NCBI GenBank assembly: GCA_030141605.1
Contig: JAQGDQ010000455.1
Location: forward strand, 1-62,296
Direction of reading: 5' to 3'
Source: Tubiluchus corallicola
Taxonomy: Eukaryota; Animalia; Priapulida
Length of the DNA stretch: 62,296 nt
Shown here: piece by piece, positions 49,001 through 61,800 of the stretch
Layout of the letters: every line of letters begins with the position of its first letter
How positions within the stretch are numbered: position 1 is the stretch's first letter
Notes under the pieces: model-generated
Databases searched by the model: none
What the model saw: only the letters and a program-made list of their open reading frames with translations
What the model was told of the DNA's origin: nothing
Translations under genes and position numbers: made by a program

Positions 49001-51342
49001 GCTTTACTTGTTTGTTTGGTGATTAGACAAGCTCTGTCACATGCTTTTATAACTTAACCACGTTAGCTATAATAACATATGGAGACTACAAGCTTTTCTA
49101 GATACACATCTGCATTTGTTTACTTAGCACAGCATACACAATCTGACACCTTTTGAAACAAAACAGTGAGGATGGCATATGTAGCCAGATCTAGCTTTTA
49201 AATGTTAATAAAATACTTACGTTAAGTGAGAGTGAGAACTCAATGTAAACGATGACATTAATCACCAGTGTTAAGATTTGGAATTGAATTAACTAGTAAC
49301 AAATTACTTCTTGCTCAAAGAGCACTTCTAGTGCCCTTATATAGAACTAAATGTTTTGCCTAATATAGGATAACTCACTGGTGTCATCACCTACTAAAAT
49401 TTTCAGTACTAATCTAACAAAAGCTGCAGTTTTATGCATTTCACATCAGAATCCCTTACTTAATGTGCAAATCCAGGTGATGACAAGCTATTCACGAAAG
49501 CATGCTCCTTGAACACTTGGTTCACCATGCCTCAAATTGTGTTAAGCTAAAGAAAGTTTTCAGTAATGAAATCACCACAATTCATTTACCTGTTCTTCAT
49601 CAGTAGGTGAGAGAAATGCAAGTGGCTGCAGTGCTTTCTCATTGTAGATCACGCTAAACTCTTTCATACCATCAGGTGGGGGAGTCTGAGGCACAAACAA
49701 TGCCAGCATCTCTTCCCTGCCGTAACGGTGCTCAGCGAGTTTAAATTTCGGTAAACCTGGCGACGGCGGAGGAGATGTCACACTGTTACCACTTGACAGA
49801 GCACGAAGCCTAAATTAAACAAATATAGTTAAGGGCTATACAACCCCAACAGACACTGAGTTTTTTTAGCACATTATTAAGATTACACACAGAATGGATA
49901 GTTAAGAATCTAATATGTTAAAAACTTATTTTATATCCGATTTCAAACGTATACATTGCTGTGAAGGCCACCATGTTTCGCAGCTTTGGTGCGATGAGCA
50001 AGAATGACATAATCTGTAGGCAAAGCTTCTTTGGTTAAGCAAAAGTCTAACCACAATTAGTGTAAAATAAATCCTAAGAAATTTTCAAAATTTGGCAAAG
50101 CAAAATTGTATACCACCTTTACTTTTGGGTCTGGAAGTGGCGCACCTAGATTGTGACAACTGGAAAATAGCAAATAGCATACAACTAGAGAAATATAGTA
50201 CTTTCGCAATATTGAGCACAACTTGTGTACAAGTTTAAGATATCCAGCTTTCACAAGTGTGTTTAGCAAATTTGTTGGCCCACAGACTACAATATGTAAA
50301 ATTTTAATAGTACACCTGCCTGTCAATCCGCATACTTATCGCATCATCCTACTATCTACTATTAATATCAAATTACTATAACCCCATCTTCACAAATTAC
50401 CTAATGCAGATCTTTTTTAGAATTACTAAATGATCTAGAACAGCACTGGACCACAATGGAAATAAGGAGAATATTTTCCTTTGCAGTGTCATCCCAGGGC
50501 AGCTTTTGCCTTAGAATAACTTTTGTTTAAATAAATCAACTGAAAAATCATGTCACTGATGTCCGTTAATTCACTGCACATCACTGCTGCTAATACAAGT
50601 TAGATGCACAACTGTTCAGTTAATTAGTTTACCGTTACACGTGCGAGTAGCTTCAAGATCACATGCATGCATCGCATCATAAACAGCAAGAGTGCATTTA
50701 ATTTTACTCGGTAATTTTTCGTGGTTTTCTAGTAAGACATACTTAGGCACCATGTACATAATGCAGCTGGATTTTCCAACCTGTTTAAAGGCACTGAGAA
50801 GGGAATTTTAAAGTATTTCTCTTTCCATAGCATTACGTTTACTTACTTGAAAGACGTGACTGAAAAAGTTGATTCTTAATAATTTAAAATGATCGGGCTA
50901 GCTGTTGAAACATCATTGTTTCGCCATGCCATTGTGCACCAAAAACATATGATTAATCTTACTGACTTAAAAGATACAGTAATTAATACTTTGGCTTAGT
51001 TAGTGAAGTGGGCACTACGAATGCTGCGATTATTTTTTGAAATTTATACAAAGTTATTTTAACTTATCTCAAACTTACCATCAAAATGTGCCTAACGGTC
51101 ATCGAGGGAGTTTAAATTCTCAAGTTTCCTACAGTACTGCGGCTAATACAAGTTCTGCACACAATAACACAGCATATTGGTGACACAAAATCTTAAGATG
51201 AATTATTTTGGCTTTATGCACAAATAGTGTGTTCTTATGCTTTAACAACTAAAACTTTCAAAAAACTGGTTTCACATACAATGTACAAAACAGTTATATA
51301 GGTTCCTTACCACTCTGGTCCAAACTTCAATGTTTCAGACAT
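31056..51342 (-). CDS. GIGYF2: GRB10-interacting GYF protein (GIGYF1/2 orthologue), ~1243 aa, 25 coding exons
   Basis: Exons 5' to 3': 51342-51311, 49809-49590, 48370-48253, 47551-47414, 46760-46578, 46300-46172, 45756-45674, 45252-44695, 43991-43883, 43773-43672, 42503-42433, 41397-41258, 40499-40356, 39961-39778, 39209-39051, 38430-38179, 37309-37226, 36287-36097, 35789-35687, 35512-35352, 35014-34918, 33850-33748, 33565-33519, 32225-32112, 31265-31056. Introns are GT-AG, phases are consistent and the total is 3732 nt. Motifs: FGPEWLRAL, RYGREEMLAL (4EHP site), PEW...GTFDSSGAF, GYF domain WFYRDPQGEIQGPF...W, an E/R/Q coiled coil, KSLLEIQEEE, GFWDD and KKKKKRMQKLDSSVLGF. Confidence 0.94.
31354..31620. 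repeat. Imperfect ~270 bp palindrome (foldback/MITE-like) in the last GIGYF intron
   Basis: GAAAGACAGGAAATAAGAAAAAGT (~31421) pairs with ACTTTTTCATATTTCCTGTCTTTC (~31522-31545). Pairing continues outward through AATTAATTGAAATTTT / AAAATTTTAATTAAT. Confidence 0.75.
31644..31684 (-). ncRNA. Degenerate hammerhead ribozyme core (minus strand)
   Basis: Minus strand reads CACAAGTCTATTCAG-CTGATGA-GACCC-ATCA-GGATC-AAAC: the CUGAnGA core and stem II are present, but the G of GAAA is missing. Confidence 0.55.
31712..31756 (+). ncRNA. Degenerate hammerhead ribozyme core (plus strand)
   Basis: CACAAGTCTAGTATTCCA-CTGACGA-GGTCC-GTTA-GGAA-GAAA: both core boxes are present, with a partly eroded stem II. 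Stems I and III are not recognisable. Confidence 0.55.
34430..34800. mobile_element. Probable decayed DNA-transposon fragment with TTCGGT-type subterminal repeats
   Basis: Repeated TTCGGT/TTCAGT/TTTGGT motifs resemble those in the 41505-42316 element. Ends not resolved. Confidence 0.35.
36022..36081. repeat. Tandem duplication, ~30 bp x2
   Basis: AATTATTAGTTTTTAGCAAmTrTCTAATCT occurs twice in tandem. Confidence 0.85.
41505..42316. mobile_element. hAT-like MITE (TAGGG termini) in a GIGYF intron
   Basis: TIR TAGGGA-GGGATGAAGC versus reverse-complemented TAGGGATGGGATGAAGC. GAATCTGAA/CCGAA subterminal repeats. 8-bp flanks AATGCCAA and AACACCAC look like a decayed TSD. Confidence 0.8.
48597..48619. 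repeat. (TA)n microsatellite
   Basis: Directly visible. Confidence 0.9.
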
Positions 51343-51944
51343 TTTACTTGCTCTGAAAATAAATACAAAAATTAATAAAACGTCCATTTATATACTAAAC
51401 GTACAATAAAATAAATGTGCACGGACCTTGATAACTGTCCCCTTAAGACTTATCTGTTCACTATTAATTTGCAATTTAATGACTACAATTTAAGTAGACT
51501 TTATAAACAAATGTACTAAAAAAATCTAAAAACTATCTTCAATATTTAATATATAATTCAGACCACAGTTTAATATGGACCCAACCAGCTTAAAATTCCA
51601 ACACTTTAGCACAACAACAGCTTAACTATAAATGTTCATTAAACTATTTCGTGTTAACAGGTTAGTTGTACTGTACATTTTGATGTAGCTCCGCATATAC
51701 CAAATGTTGTTTTGCTGCTATAAAAAAATACCCTTGTTCACTCACAAAAATAATCCAAATATTTTTTGACAAAGGTTTAAACTTCAAAAGCAAATATGAA
51801 TTAGCTTCTTTAACAATAGAAAACAAATTGGTCTCTTTGAAATCCTAACTTTAACTAAGTGCATTTACAATTGACGTCAAGCATACTGGTCTATCGCTCT
51901 GCCTCATTGGTGACATAAGCACGCTCAAGTGAAATTGGGACGTA

Positions 51945-52320
51945 CCGTATTTATTCGAGTATAACGCGCACACGTGTATAACGTGCACCCCTAATTTTCG
52001 ATTAAAAATCGGTATAAAATTTTGTTTCACTATTTCTCGGCTCAGACCAAGCATTGTAAGTGACAAACGTTGTTGAACAACTCCAGTCTCTAACATTCGT
52101 CTCTGGTACAGCGAATTCTCGGCTAGCTGCTCGATTTCCGTGGGCCAGGCACCGTCTAGACAAACTGTCTAGACGTTGCACCTTCTGACAAAGTCCGCTG
52201 ACAACACATTGATTATCTCTTTAGCTACGCCTCACCCCAGCCCTCGTTTATAACGCGCACCCAAACTTTGAGTTCTTTTTTAGGTAGAAAAGTTTGCGCG
52301 TTATACTCTAATAAATACGG
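51945..52320. mobile_element. Tc1/mariner-pogo type MITE with TA TSD (different family from 23483-23962)
   Basis: TIRs CCGTATTTATTmGAGTATAACGCGCA at both ends, flanked by TA, with internal TATAACGCGCAC repeats. Confidence 0.92.
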
Positions 52321-52879
52321 TAAGCTTATGTTGAACTACAACTAATGTTTAATCCTGAGGTAAACTGATTGTGCTTTTTATACAGAAAAATCTGCAGAGC
52401 AGCAGTCATTTTTATACGAAATATAAACTTCAAGTAGCCAAAAAGCAGCTTCATTAATATAAGCCAGATGTAGCAACAAAGTTTCAACCAGTTACAAAAT
52501 GTATAGACAAAAGCGCCAAATCTAATCGTTAATATAAAGGAACTAAGCCAGTAACCTAGCTTTAAGACAAAAATATTTACTAAGTCTCTCTTGACATTGA
52601 ACATATGAACATATCACACCTGCGATGCATTTTTTTCTACATTTAACTGATTATGTGGTTACCCGCAGGCTTTTATCCACTTTTTGTATCTTTCCAACTG
52701 TTTGTTACAAGGAAGAAATGGAATAAATTTGATGGTTATTCCGTAGACGATCCTTATATTGACTGTCCGAGTTACATAAGCCCGAATGACACCTTTTATC
52801 AAGACTATAAGTTTTATAACCAGAAAAACAGCATGAAATTAACTATTTCAGGATACTAATACAGGTGATCAATATAAAT

Positions 52880-53110
52880 TATGACCACAACTGAATTAAG
52901 AAGACACCGCAAAGATCTTACCGAGGTTTATAAAATACTGACCAGGAAAGAAACCATTCTGCTTGAAAATATCTTTAATTTAGTTGTCAATTCAAAACTA
53001 GAGTAGATAGTTTAAAACTTTTTAAAGAGCAATCACGTTGTCTCTACACCAGTAATTACTACGTGACAGTAATAAACGAATGGAATAATTTGCTTGCCAT
53101 TAGTAAAGTT
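52880..53110 (+). mobile_element. CR1-type LINE 3' end fragment
   Basis: TELRRHRKDLTEVYKILT and VINEWNNL match the CR1 ORF2 C-terminal motifs RR.R.DL...YKI and V...WN.L. Confidence 0.65.
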
Positions 53111-53939
53111 TGAATCTTTAATTGATGATTACTTTGTGGAAAAATATGAGGTTTCTATGAATGTGCTAGCGTCACCCCTACTTGTGACGGTATAGCATGC
53201 CCAGCAATGCACAGCTCTAGCTCCTGCCCGAAAAAATGGCGATGCATATCTTTCGGAGGTGTGGAAAAACATGCATGCTAGTTGAACAGTCAGCAGCACT
53301 TGAATGAACATGACTGTTGTTCTGCCGCATGTTAATTGCAACAACCAACAATAAATAAACACTTTCCTGATCTATTTTAGGCACTATACTGAAAAAATAT
53401 TCCTCCTCGTTCCCCTATCTGACATTTCACTACTTTCTAGCAGTCTTTGACCTAACCAAATAATGATATTGCATGGAACAAGTCGGCGTTTGGAGAGGTA
53501 TGACTTGCTTTTTTTTATGTGAAAAGGTTAAGCTCTGTCAAGATCCTCAACAGGAAATAGTCTGTGGTATGGAAGAAGACGACTGGTAACTAGAAACATA
53601 CATCAAATGATTAAAGACATTGATATCTTGTGACATGTTTAATTTCAAAACGTCCAACTGCTGTCAACAATAACGAATACTAAAAACTGACTAACGTATA
53701 TGATGCGATGTGAAATACGGCAGCATTTAATTCCCGTTAACCTACAAAACTATGCCAAGACTAGTGACAGTAGTGCTAGAGTAAGCAAATCAGTATCGCT
53801 GACAAAAACAAATTGTGAATTGTTACAACAGAGAGAAACACTACAAAAATTACATTCTAAATAAATGACAAATGTACGGGAGCTCCAAGGCAGTATAAAC
53901 CTTTCTAAGATGCAAAAAATTGCAAAACCAACGAAAATC

Positions 53940-53980
53940 AGCTGCAAGATGGCTGTGTAAGTTACGTCACGTGACCAAAA
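53940..53980. promoter_or_regulatory. Probable promoter core between divergent GIGYF and CFAP53-like genes
   Basis: YY1-like AAGATGGC (53946-53953) and perfect palindrome GTCACGTGAC (53966-53975) in a locally CpG-richer patch. Confidence 0.45.
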
Positions 53981-54089
53981 CACTAAAAGTTGAAAACGGC
54001 GAGAATATTTGCTTTGAATTATTAGGAAGTTACTCATAGATATTTCTGAGGGTAGGACATAGATATAAATGTATAGAGCCCTTATTTAC

Positions 54090-54330
54090 GGGTGGGCACC
54101 GCGTAGATCATTCTTAGCATTGCGCAATCACTATGGTCACCGGTAAACACTACATATGTTTTGTAAGCTAACATACTGCTATCGTTGGAGTTCACGGAAT
54201 TAGAATTTTAAAAATTGCATTTCAGAATTGAAGTGGATTCAATGAAACACCTAGTAAGCAATAAGAGTTCTCTACCTGCTGATTTCTATCAAAAGTAGCT
54301 GTGACAAAGAGATGGCGACTTGTGACCATC
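54090..54330. repeat. Dispersed repeat, copy 1 (copy 2 at ~59948-60190)
   Basis: GTAGATCATTCTTAGCATTGC...ATCACTATGG...GGTAAACA...AATTGCATT...TGGATTCA...AGTTCTCTACCT is shared in the same orientation. Confidence 0.85.
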
Positions 54331-54489
54331 ATGGTGACACTAGTAGTAGTACGGTCACTAAAGTAAAGAATTAAAGAGTAAAGTGAGATTAAATTAAAGA
54401 TCTTCATCTGCTCTTAGGGTCTAGGCTGTCTCAACCCCGCTGGTATTTATCAGGACTCTGCAGCAATAATGAAGTGACTATAACCATCT

Positions 54490-57050
54490 ATAATAATTAA
54501 TAATAATACTATAGTAATTATAATAATTAATAATAATAATATTATATAATATAATTAATAAAAATGGTAATGAAGGTCTTTTATTTAACATTAATGTCTG
54601 TAGTCACAGTCATTTTACATTAAAAGTCCACATTTTACAAAAAGACGTCAAATATACACTGCAAAGACTAAAAACAATCTTGATATAGACATTGTTAAGA
54701 TAGCTACTGTTATGCACTGAAAGAAGGTTATTTGCTGATAGACTGAAAAACCCAGCTATGTGACTTTGTGTAAAATGCACCTAATAATGTGGTAAGATTA
54801 CGCTATTATTAAAATATTTTGAACTCAAATTAATCTGTCACTTGATCGCATGTATTTAAAGAATTAATGGTAATCGTTTTTGAAAATACGTCTAAGCGCA
54901 AAACTCTGCATTGTGCTCTCAATTTTCCGCTGTGGTCTAGAACATAAGCTTTTCCTAGCTCTTAGGTTTTTTGTTGGGAGAAAGAAGCTTAAACAAAGGA
55001 TGTGCAGTAGATTGGTTTTTTATGCCACACTTTTCCATACAGTCCCAGATGTTTTGAATAAACGTATTCTTGACATGTGATACAGTTTCACCTTTCACTG
55101 GCATAGAAAATTGCTAAAACTATTGAGTTCCTCCAGTTTATGCCCAATTTTTTTAGATGAAACGGTAAACGAAGCCATTGAACTGCTGTTTTGCATTTAT
55201 CATGAATGTGAGCTGACCATTTCAATTTTTGAATTATATGAAGTCCCAGTATGGCTATTTTTGAAACTCTGGTAATCCCATTTACATCACAAGGCACAGC
55301 TACAGATCTATTCCCTGACAGCACCATTTGCTTTGCCTTCGAGACATTTAATGACATTTTATTGTTGTTACACTACTTTTGCACTGTTTTCAAACTCATC
55401 AACCGTATAATCACTGCTTTTGACTGATATGGCTAAATTAGTGTCGTCTGCAAATTTGACGATTTTTACAGATTTTTTAATTGGCTGTAGATTGTTGACC
55501 ATTAGAGCAAAGCAGTAGGGACCGCAAACAGTTCCTTGTAGGATTCCTGTGGTGAGGACTAAACCATTAACTCATGTCGCTTAGCTTCCGAGTTGAACAA
55601 AATCACCAATAATTTTTGTGAAAAAGGCGGGAAACTGTTTTGAATAATTTGTTTATCAAAAATGTGTAGTTTAGGACACCAAAGTCTTTATTAAAATATA
55701 TAGTAAATTTGCTGAGATACTTTATTGCTTCTAGCTGTTTTGTCCAATGGTGTAGAAAATCGATGAGTGCTCACGTAGTAATTTTGGTCATTTTCCATGC
55801 ATTTCAAAAAATGGTGTTCCACCATTTTCCATGAAGCTTTTTCAAATAGCCTAGCTAAGATTTCCATAAGTGAGATTGATCTAAGTTGAACAAAATAAGT
55901 TGGTGAATTTACTTTGGGTACAATTGGAATAACAGTCTACTTTTTCCAAACACTTGGAGCTGATTGTTGCTTGAAACAAAGACTGAAGATTTGGATAACA
56001 TTTCCACATGCTCTTGATACAACCAGATGGGTGGCCAGTTGGTCCGGAGCTTGTTTTCTTTGCCTTTTTCAAAAGAGGGTAAACTGCATTTAGACTCGAT
56101 TGCGATGCTGTTTCGTCACATATATCTGGGGTATAAACAACCCATTGTAATTCTCCTCCATGTTAATTTTCACAAAGTGTTTATTTATATCATCGGGTGT
56201 TGAATTTAGTAGTAGATATGGGTAGTTTCTACTGTATTCTCCTGAGTTCTAGTTTACGGCTTTCCACCACTTGGCTGTTCCTTTCTGTTTTTGGTGGACT
56301 TGCTGAGCTCTTTCTCAGTTTCAGCGTTGATTTGATCACGTAGTCATTCCGAGTTCCTATTATCCCTCTTCTGCTCGAATTTTTGGCATTACCTTAAAAG
56401 GTGTTTATCAAAGGTGTAAAATATGGCGGATCATTCGATAATTTTATTTTCTTCTCCGGACAATGCTTATTTAACTAGGTGTCTAATATTTGATAATTAA
56501 AGCCTGCCAGAAGCTAATTCAGCATCACAAACATCACAAAGAGAAGTCACTTCATTCCATTCAACATTACATAAACTTTCATAAAGTTTTGCCTTGTTTT
56601 GGAATGTAATATACGAATTCATGTATAATAAGTTTGCCTGGGTATGCGTTGTTTTGGTCTCCAAAGTACAGCCTTATGATCTGATTTGCCCCTATGTTTC
56701 TGTACCTTTGGCTCATCATAATGTTGTTGTACATTCATTATTATTACATCAAAAATAGAATTTCCATGGGTATGTTTAGTTACTACCTGCTGTAAATTTT
56801 GTATGATCAGTTGGTTCTGGTATTGTAGCTGATTTACATCACCCATAATAATAATAATCCAGCAGTTCGAAGATTCACAAATGCATTCATCAACTGCTTC
56901 AATTAGGTACACCTGAATGTCTTGTTCAGTATGAGGTTTTGGGGGATGGTATATTGCTCAAACATACATAGCATTTTTACCCAAGTCACATTTAATCCAC
57001 AAAACTTTGGAATTTTTAACCTGTTTCAATCTTGTGATTTTCCAACTCGT
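54490..57050 (-). mobile_element. Decayed L2/Crack-group LINE (APE endonuclease + RT)
   Basis: Minus strand reads IMGDVNQL...VVTKHTHGNSIFDVII...KSDHKAV (APE, 56619-56912), TGILQGTVCGP...LMVNNL (~55490-55555), KFADDT (~55442-55458) and MSLNVSKAKQM...ILGLHI...LKWSAHI (55088-55357). Many stops and frameshifts. Possible (ATT)n tail near 54490-54560. Confidence 0.85.
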
Positions 57051-57467
57051 TAAAACTATGATAGTGTAATTAACTAACATAATTAACTGAACGACTCATG
57101 ATAGTCGACTTTGTGGTACGTAATTCGAGTTCAACCCAATGTATAACCTACTTACTACTAGTACTGGCCAAGCTCAGCCAGTCAGTGTTTCAAGTGACTC
57201 ATATCATCCGTCCTGTGAAGATCGCTGCTCGCAAATGTTTGCACTAGCACTCAATTACGACCCTGTTTGCATTTGCGCTTTGCCTCAGCATCGAAAATGT
57301 AAAGCCTGATACTATGCTGACATTGCTTCCAAGTTTCTGTAAGTTAAGTTAAGATGCCAAATGCTTTCATTAGTTTTGTAAAGATTCAGGCAAGTCTAAT
57401 TTAAACCCCATAGAAAAACTTACTATGTTTTTTACGTACCACACTGACATCTAATTTGTCTGATGAC

Positions 57468-57914
57468 CACAGGGGATTATGACATTTTGGGGCCCCTAGA
57501 CTAACGAAATTATGGGGCCCCTCATACTGGAGCCACTCTCTAACAAACATGGACTGGGGCCCCATGATTTACAGCTAGGGCTCTAAATTAGGGATCCTTA
57601 TCACAAATGAAGGACTTTAAACAGGCTCAAAAGGTCTCAAACAAGGGTCTTTATCTCAAATAAAAGCTTCAAACAAAGGCCTTTTACCTCAAATAAGGAG
57701 CCACTTTTTAAAATTGGGTTTTCAGACTCTGGGCCACCTTTTTTAAACTTGAAATTTTATTTTAAGTTAAATGAATTATTCAGCAATACAGAATATTAAA
57801 ATATTGTACTCATTTTTCAAAAAAATCATTGTTGAAAATTTTTCAACAGGGCCTTCCAAGCTTGAGGGGCCCTAGGCTGCAGCCTATGCTAACCAATAGG
57901 AAAATCGGGCCCTG
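57468..57914. mobile_element. hAT-like MITE with 8-bp TSD
   Basis: Flanks CTGATGAC (57460-57467) and CTGATGAT (57915-57922). Right end AAAATCGGGCCCTG, eroded left end, GGGGCCC subterminal repeats and an internal ~29-bp tandem repeat. Confidence 0.8.
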
Positions 57915-58848
57915 CTGATGATACATGAAATTTTATATAAATGGAAATTTTATGGAGATTTCATTTATCACGCAAACAGTATTATATGTGACTTCTCATT
58001 TCTTAATGGTTGTTTAATTAAAGAGCAGAATATTTCAAGCTTACGGTCATAGCTTTTAGGCTTGCAAATATAGAAGCTTGGTAATTAACATTCTGGTTAA
58101 TAACCTTTGATATCGCCTGGTACATAGGTGTATGTAAATTTTGGCATGCATTTACCGTACCGTACACATAGGTTTTTATTGTTTTCATTTATAGGTTTCA
58201 TTTATCAGGTGTGCTTCATCCGAGTAACTAATTTCAAGTTAGATTTGTAAAATTATTTACTTCCTGTATTAATAGTTGTAATACTCTTGCGAATTTTTCA
58301 CGAGAAATGCAGAATATTCTGTGCAGTCAACATGGGGTTACAATCTGCAATTTATTAAATTTAAATATAATGCTTTATCCTACTAGAATAGCAGATTTAA
58401 AAAAGTAACCACAATTTTTCCCTTAAGAAATCTTTCTGGGAAATGTTTTTTGTGAAACAGGTTTTCTGGCAATTTTTTTTTGTGGGATGTTATTTTTTCT
58501 GGTAAGTGGTTTTTCTGTGAAAAATCTTTTGTAGGAAATGGACCTAAACCAAGTAAATGATCTTCCTCAATATTTATGTTAGGAACTCCTGTAACATAAT
58601 ATCAAAGTCAATGTCACATTGGCTTAATGGCTCACACTTGTGTTTTTTATGTAAAATGCGAGTTTTTTTAACTACTAACTGATATTGTTTTTGTTATTTA
58701 TGCAATTAACCGAATGAATCTATTGCAATATGGTCTGTTGTATTATAATAATTCGAAATAAATCGTATGTATATTTACTCTACTTAATATATATTAAATC
58801 AGTTTTTGGTGTGAATTAAACCTGTATTAAATTATCGCTGGATTTCAG

Positions 58849-61800
58849 AGTGCAAAAGCGGGACGTGCAAAAACCCGTGTGGCTCAGTATCAGTATAGAC
58901 TGATGAATGAGGCAGCCCGTGAGGATGCAAGAGCTCAAGCAAAACAAGATGCTATTCGTAAGCAAAGAGCTGAGTGGGAAGCAAAACTTCCCGCATATGT
59001 AAGCAATGTGATTGTAGAGTCAGATTGTGCTCAAAGACAGCAACAGGCTCAATTAGATTTGGAGACCAGGAAAATGAAGTATTACTTCTGTTGTTTCTTA
59101 GTTAAATTTCATTCGCAATTAGATTGTACATAAATTTATCCTTTTCACTTTTTCTAACGAACATGCTTTGGCTATTGATTGACTTCATTTGTTAGGCAGG
59201 GTGTAAGATTGAAAAAGATTTATATAGCAACATTTGATGTCTCTTAGTAATATTATACGTAGCATGCTTGCATTGCAATTCATATTTTTTGCAGATCGTG
59301 ATATTGATTTATTATATATCTATAGATGCTACTTGCTTTCAGGTTGCGCATGTTATTGGCAGATGAAGAGGATGTCTTTTTGAGAGACATGATGAACCAA
59401 ATGCAGACATCTGGTCCAAGCAAATATGCAAGGATGCAAGCTCGTGTTGATGAGTTAAAGAAGAAAAGAGAGCGGGAACAGAACGAGTTTATAGAGGAGC
59501 GACTAGAAAGACAGCGAAGGTACATTTGTAGAACATTTGACAGTTAACCGTTTTATTTAAAATACACTTTTACACAAAAAGACTGGTTGTATTTGTTAGT
59601 AACCAAGTACAGCTTCGAATTATAGGAAAAATAAAGAAATGGAAAAGACACCGACTTTTAAAAAAATGCGTAAAATGACTGCTTGCAAAGATCTTGAATT
59701 GTTGAAATGTAGCCATATGGATGAAATTCATCATGATCAACAACGCAGAGTAGTGTAAACTTTCAAATAATGTAATAGAAAAAGTAAATTTTCCTTAGCT
59801 ATTGTTGCTTCAGTGTCACGTCAGTATAGAAATTTCATAGACACGGGTTGAACTGCATATGCTACACCACTTACTAAGTACAACAAGCATTTCGTATTGC
59901 TAAAGAACTTATGTTTATACATTATTAAGTGTAACAAAATGAGAGCATGGTGAACACCATGTAGATCATTCTTAGCATTGCTATCACTATGGACACGGGT
60001 AAACATTACATGTATTTTATAAGCTAGCGCACTACAATCTTTGGAATTATAGTTTTAACAATTGCATTCCAAAATGGAAATGGATTCAGTGGAAAATTTA
60101 TAAGTAATAACAGTTCTCTACCTATTGATTTCCATGAAAATGGTACTGAGACTTACTTTTTCTCGTGACTCTAGAGATGGTGTGACCACAGATATATATG
60201 TACATGTATATAGTTTTCATGCATACGTGTATGCCATTGTACCTATGTCAGGATCTATTTATTTAGTTACTTTCACCTGTCATAATAGTTTGACAGACAT
60301 ATACATAAATAGCATTTCTAACAAAAGATAAATTCAAGCTATGTCAAACGCACATAGTTACGTTCGTACAGATGTGCTTGTAATGCTTAGGCGTGATTGT
60401 GAGTATTGAGAAAGTAATTTGGCATAAAGAATCAGGCTTATGTTTACTGTTATGTAAATTCTTTATGTTTTCATTATCACCATCATCATATTTGGCATAA
60501 CCACTGGCTTTCAAGCAAGAAATTTCTGTTTCAAATCAAGGCTGAGGATGATTTTTACCATTTCTTTTTTCATGCCAGTCACACACACACAGAAAGCCTT
60601 TTCATTTTCAACGTGGAAGATTCATGCCATTGATAAGTCAACTAAATTAATTAGTTAGTTACACTTCATTAGTATATCCTTTGCTCCATGTATACATATA
60701 TGCTTTACTCAGGTTGCTTTCTCTATGTTTGCAAAGTTTTGACTTTATCGGAAGCATAGAAAAGGTCGTTGTCGCAAAGCAATTAGAATTGGACCTGTTG
60801 TTCCACACAATCGCTTCTCTTATAAGCACGAATCCTAGCATGGAACATTGATGTTTCGTCTTCATTAATTAGTAAATCAGCTAATTACATAACATTGATA
60901 AGTTGCTTAACTAACTACATTTCATTATACAACGTGTCTGTTTATTAGGGATCAATGTCATGAATTGCGAGAGTTTGACCTGAAACGCCATGAGCAACTT
61001 GTGTGTGCGCAACGAGAAGAACAACTTCGCATCAAAGCAGAACTGGAACAACGAAGAAAGGAAGAAGAGGCTGCCTATGATAGAATTTTGGCTGAACAAG
61101 AACAGGTATTTTAGGGAAAAAACAAAATTTATTTATACTGCGAGATACACACATTTTGTGAAAAAGTATAGATTTTTCCCAGATGGCCCCATAATAATTG
61201 CTGTACAGGCATAGTTTGTGAAATCAGATTAAGGCTGTCAGCCTGTTGTACCATGTTGCCCGATTTTTTTGCATAAAGATTTTAAATTTTCAATAATGAG
61301 AAGCTTAACATGGCCTGTAGACTTGGGACTTTAGGCTAAACGAAATTTTGTTTAAAGTGTCTTCACCAACTTTTGGTTCCAAAGGTTTGCTAAAACTGGA
61401 TTGAAGAATGCAGTGTAGAGCAAAACGATTAGCATATAACCATTCGTTCACTTGTTGTTTTTTTCCACTCTGGTTGTGAAGCGATTTGCAGCTTTTCTTT
61501 GTAAAATTAAATTCTATCTATTCAAATGTTCAGCTCTTTATTTCTGTTGATTTATGTCAAAATGCCATAATATTGACACGTGGATTTCTTGCTTCATGTT
61601 CACCTATTTGTATGAACATGGATTACTGTATTACAACTTAGAATCATTCAGGCAGGTAGACAAGAGCTCAGATAGTAGATTTTTCTTTTAATATTGTTCA
61701 TACCGAGCTGTTTATTTTTTATAGAAATTGTATGCAAATGAATTAGCAGAGAAAGAAGCAAAGGCAGAAGAACAAAGACGAGCACAACGGATACTGGCTG

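Noticed and set aside
12926-51342. INTS11, MRTO4 and GIGYF as a functional RNA-metabolism cluster
   Set aside because: They act in different pathways and have mixed orientations. Housekeeping genes commonly neighbour each other, so nothing in the sequence indicates a coordinated system.
54090-60190. Direct repeats flanking RT-like sequence as LTRs of one retrotransposon
   Set aside because: The RT is a non-LTR (APE-RT) type, host exons lie between the repeats, and no TG...CA ends, PBS or PPT were seen.
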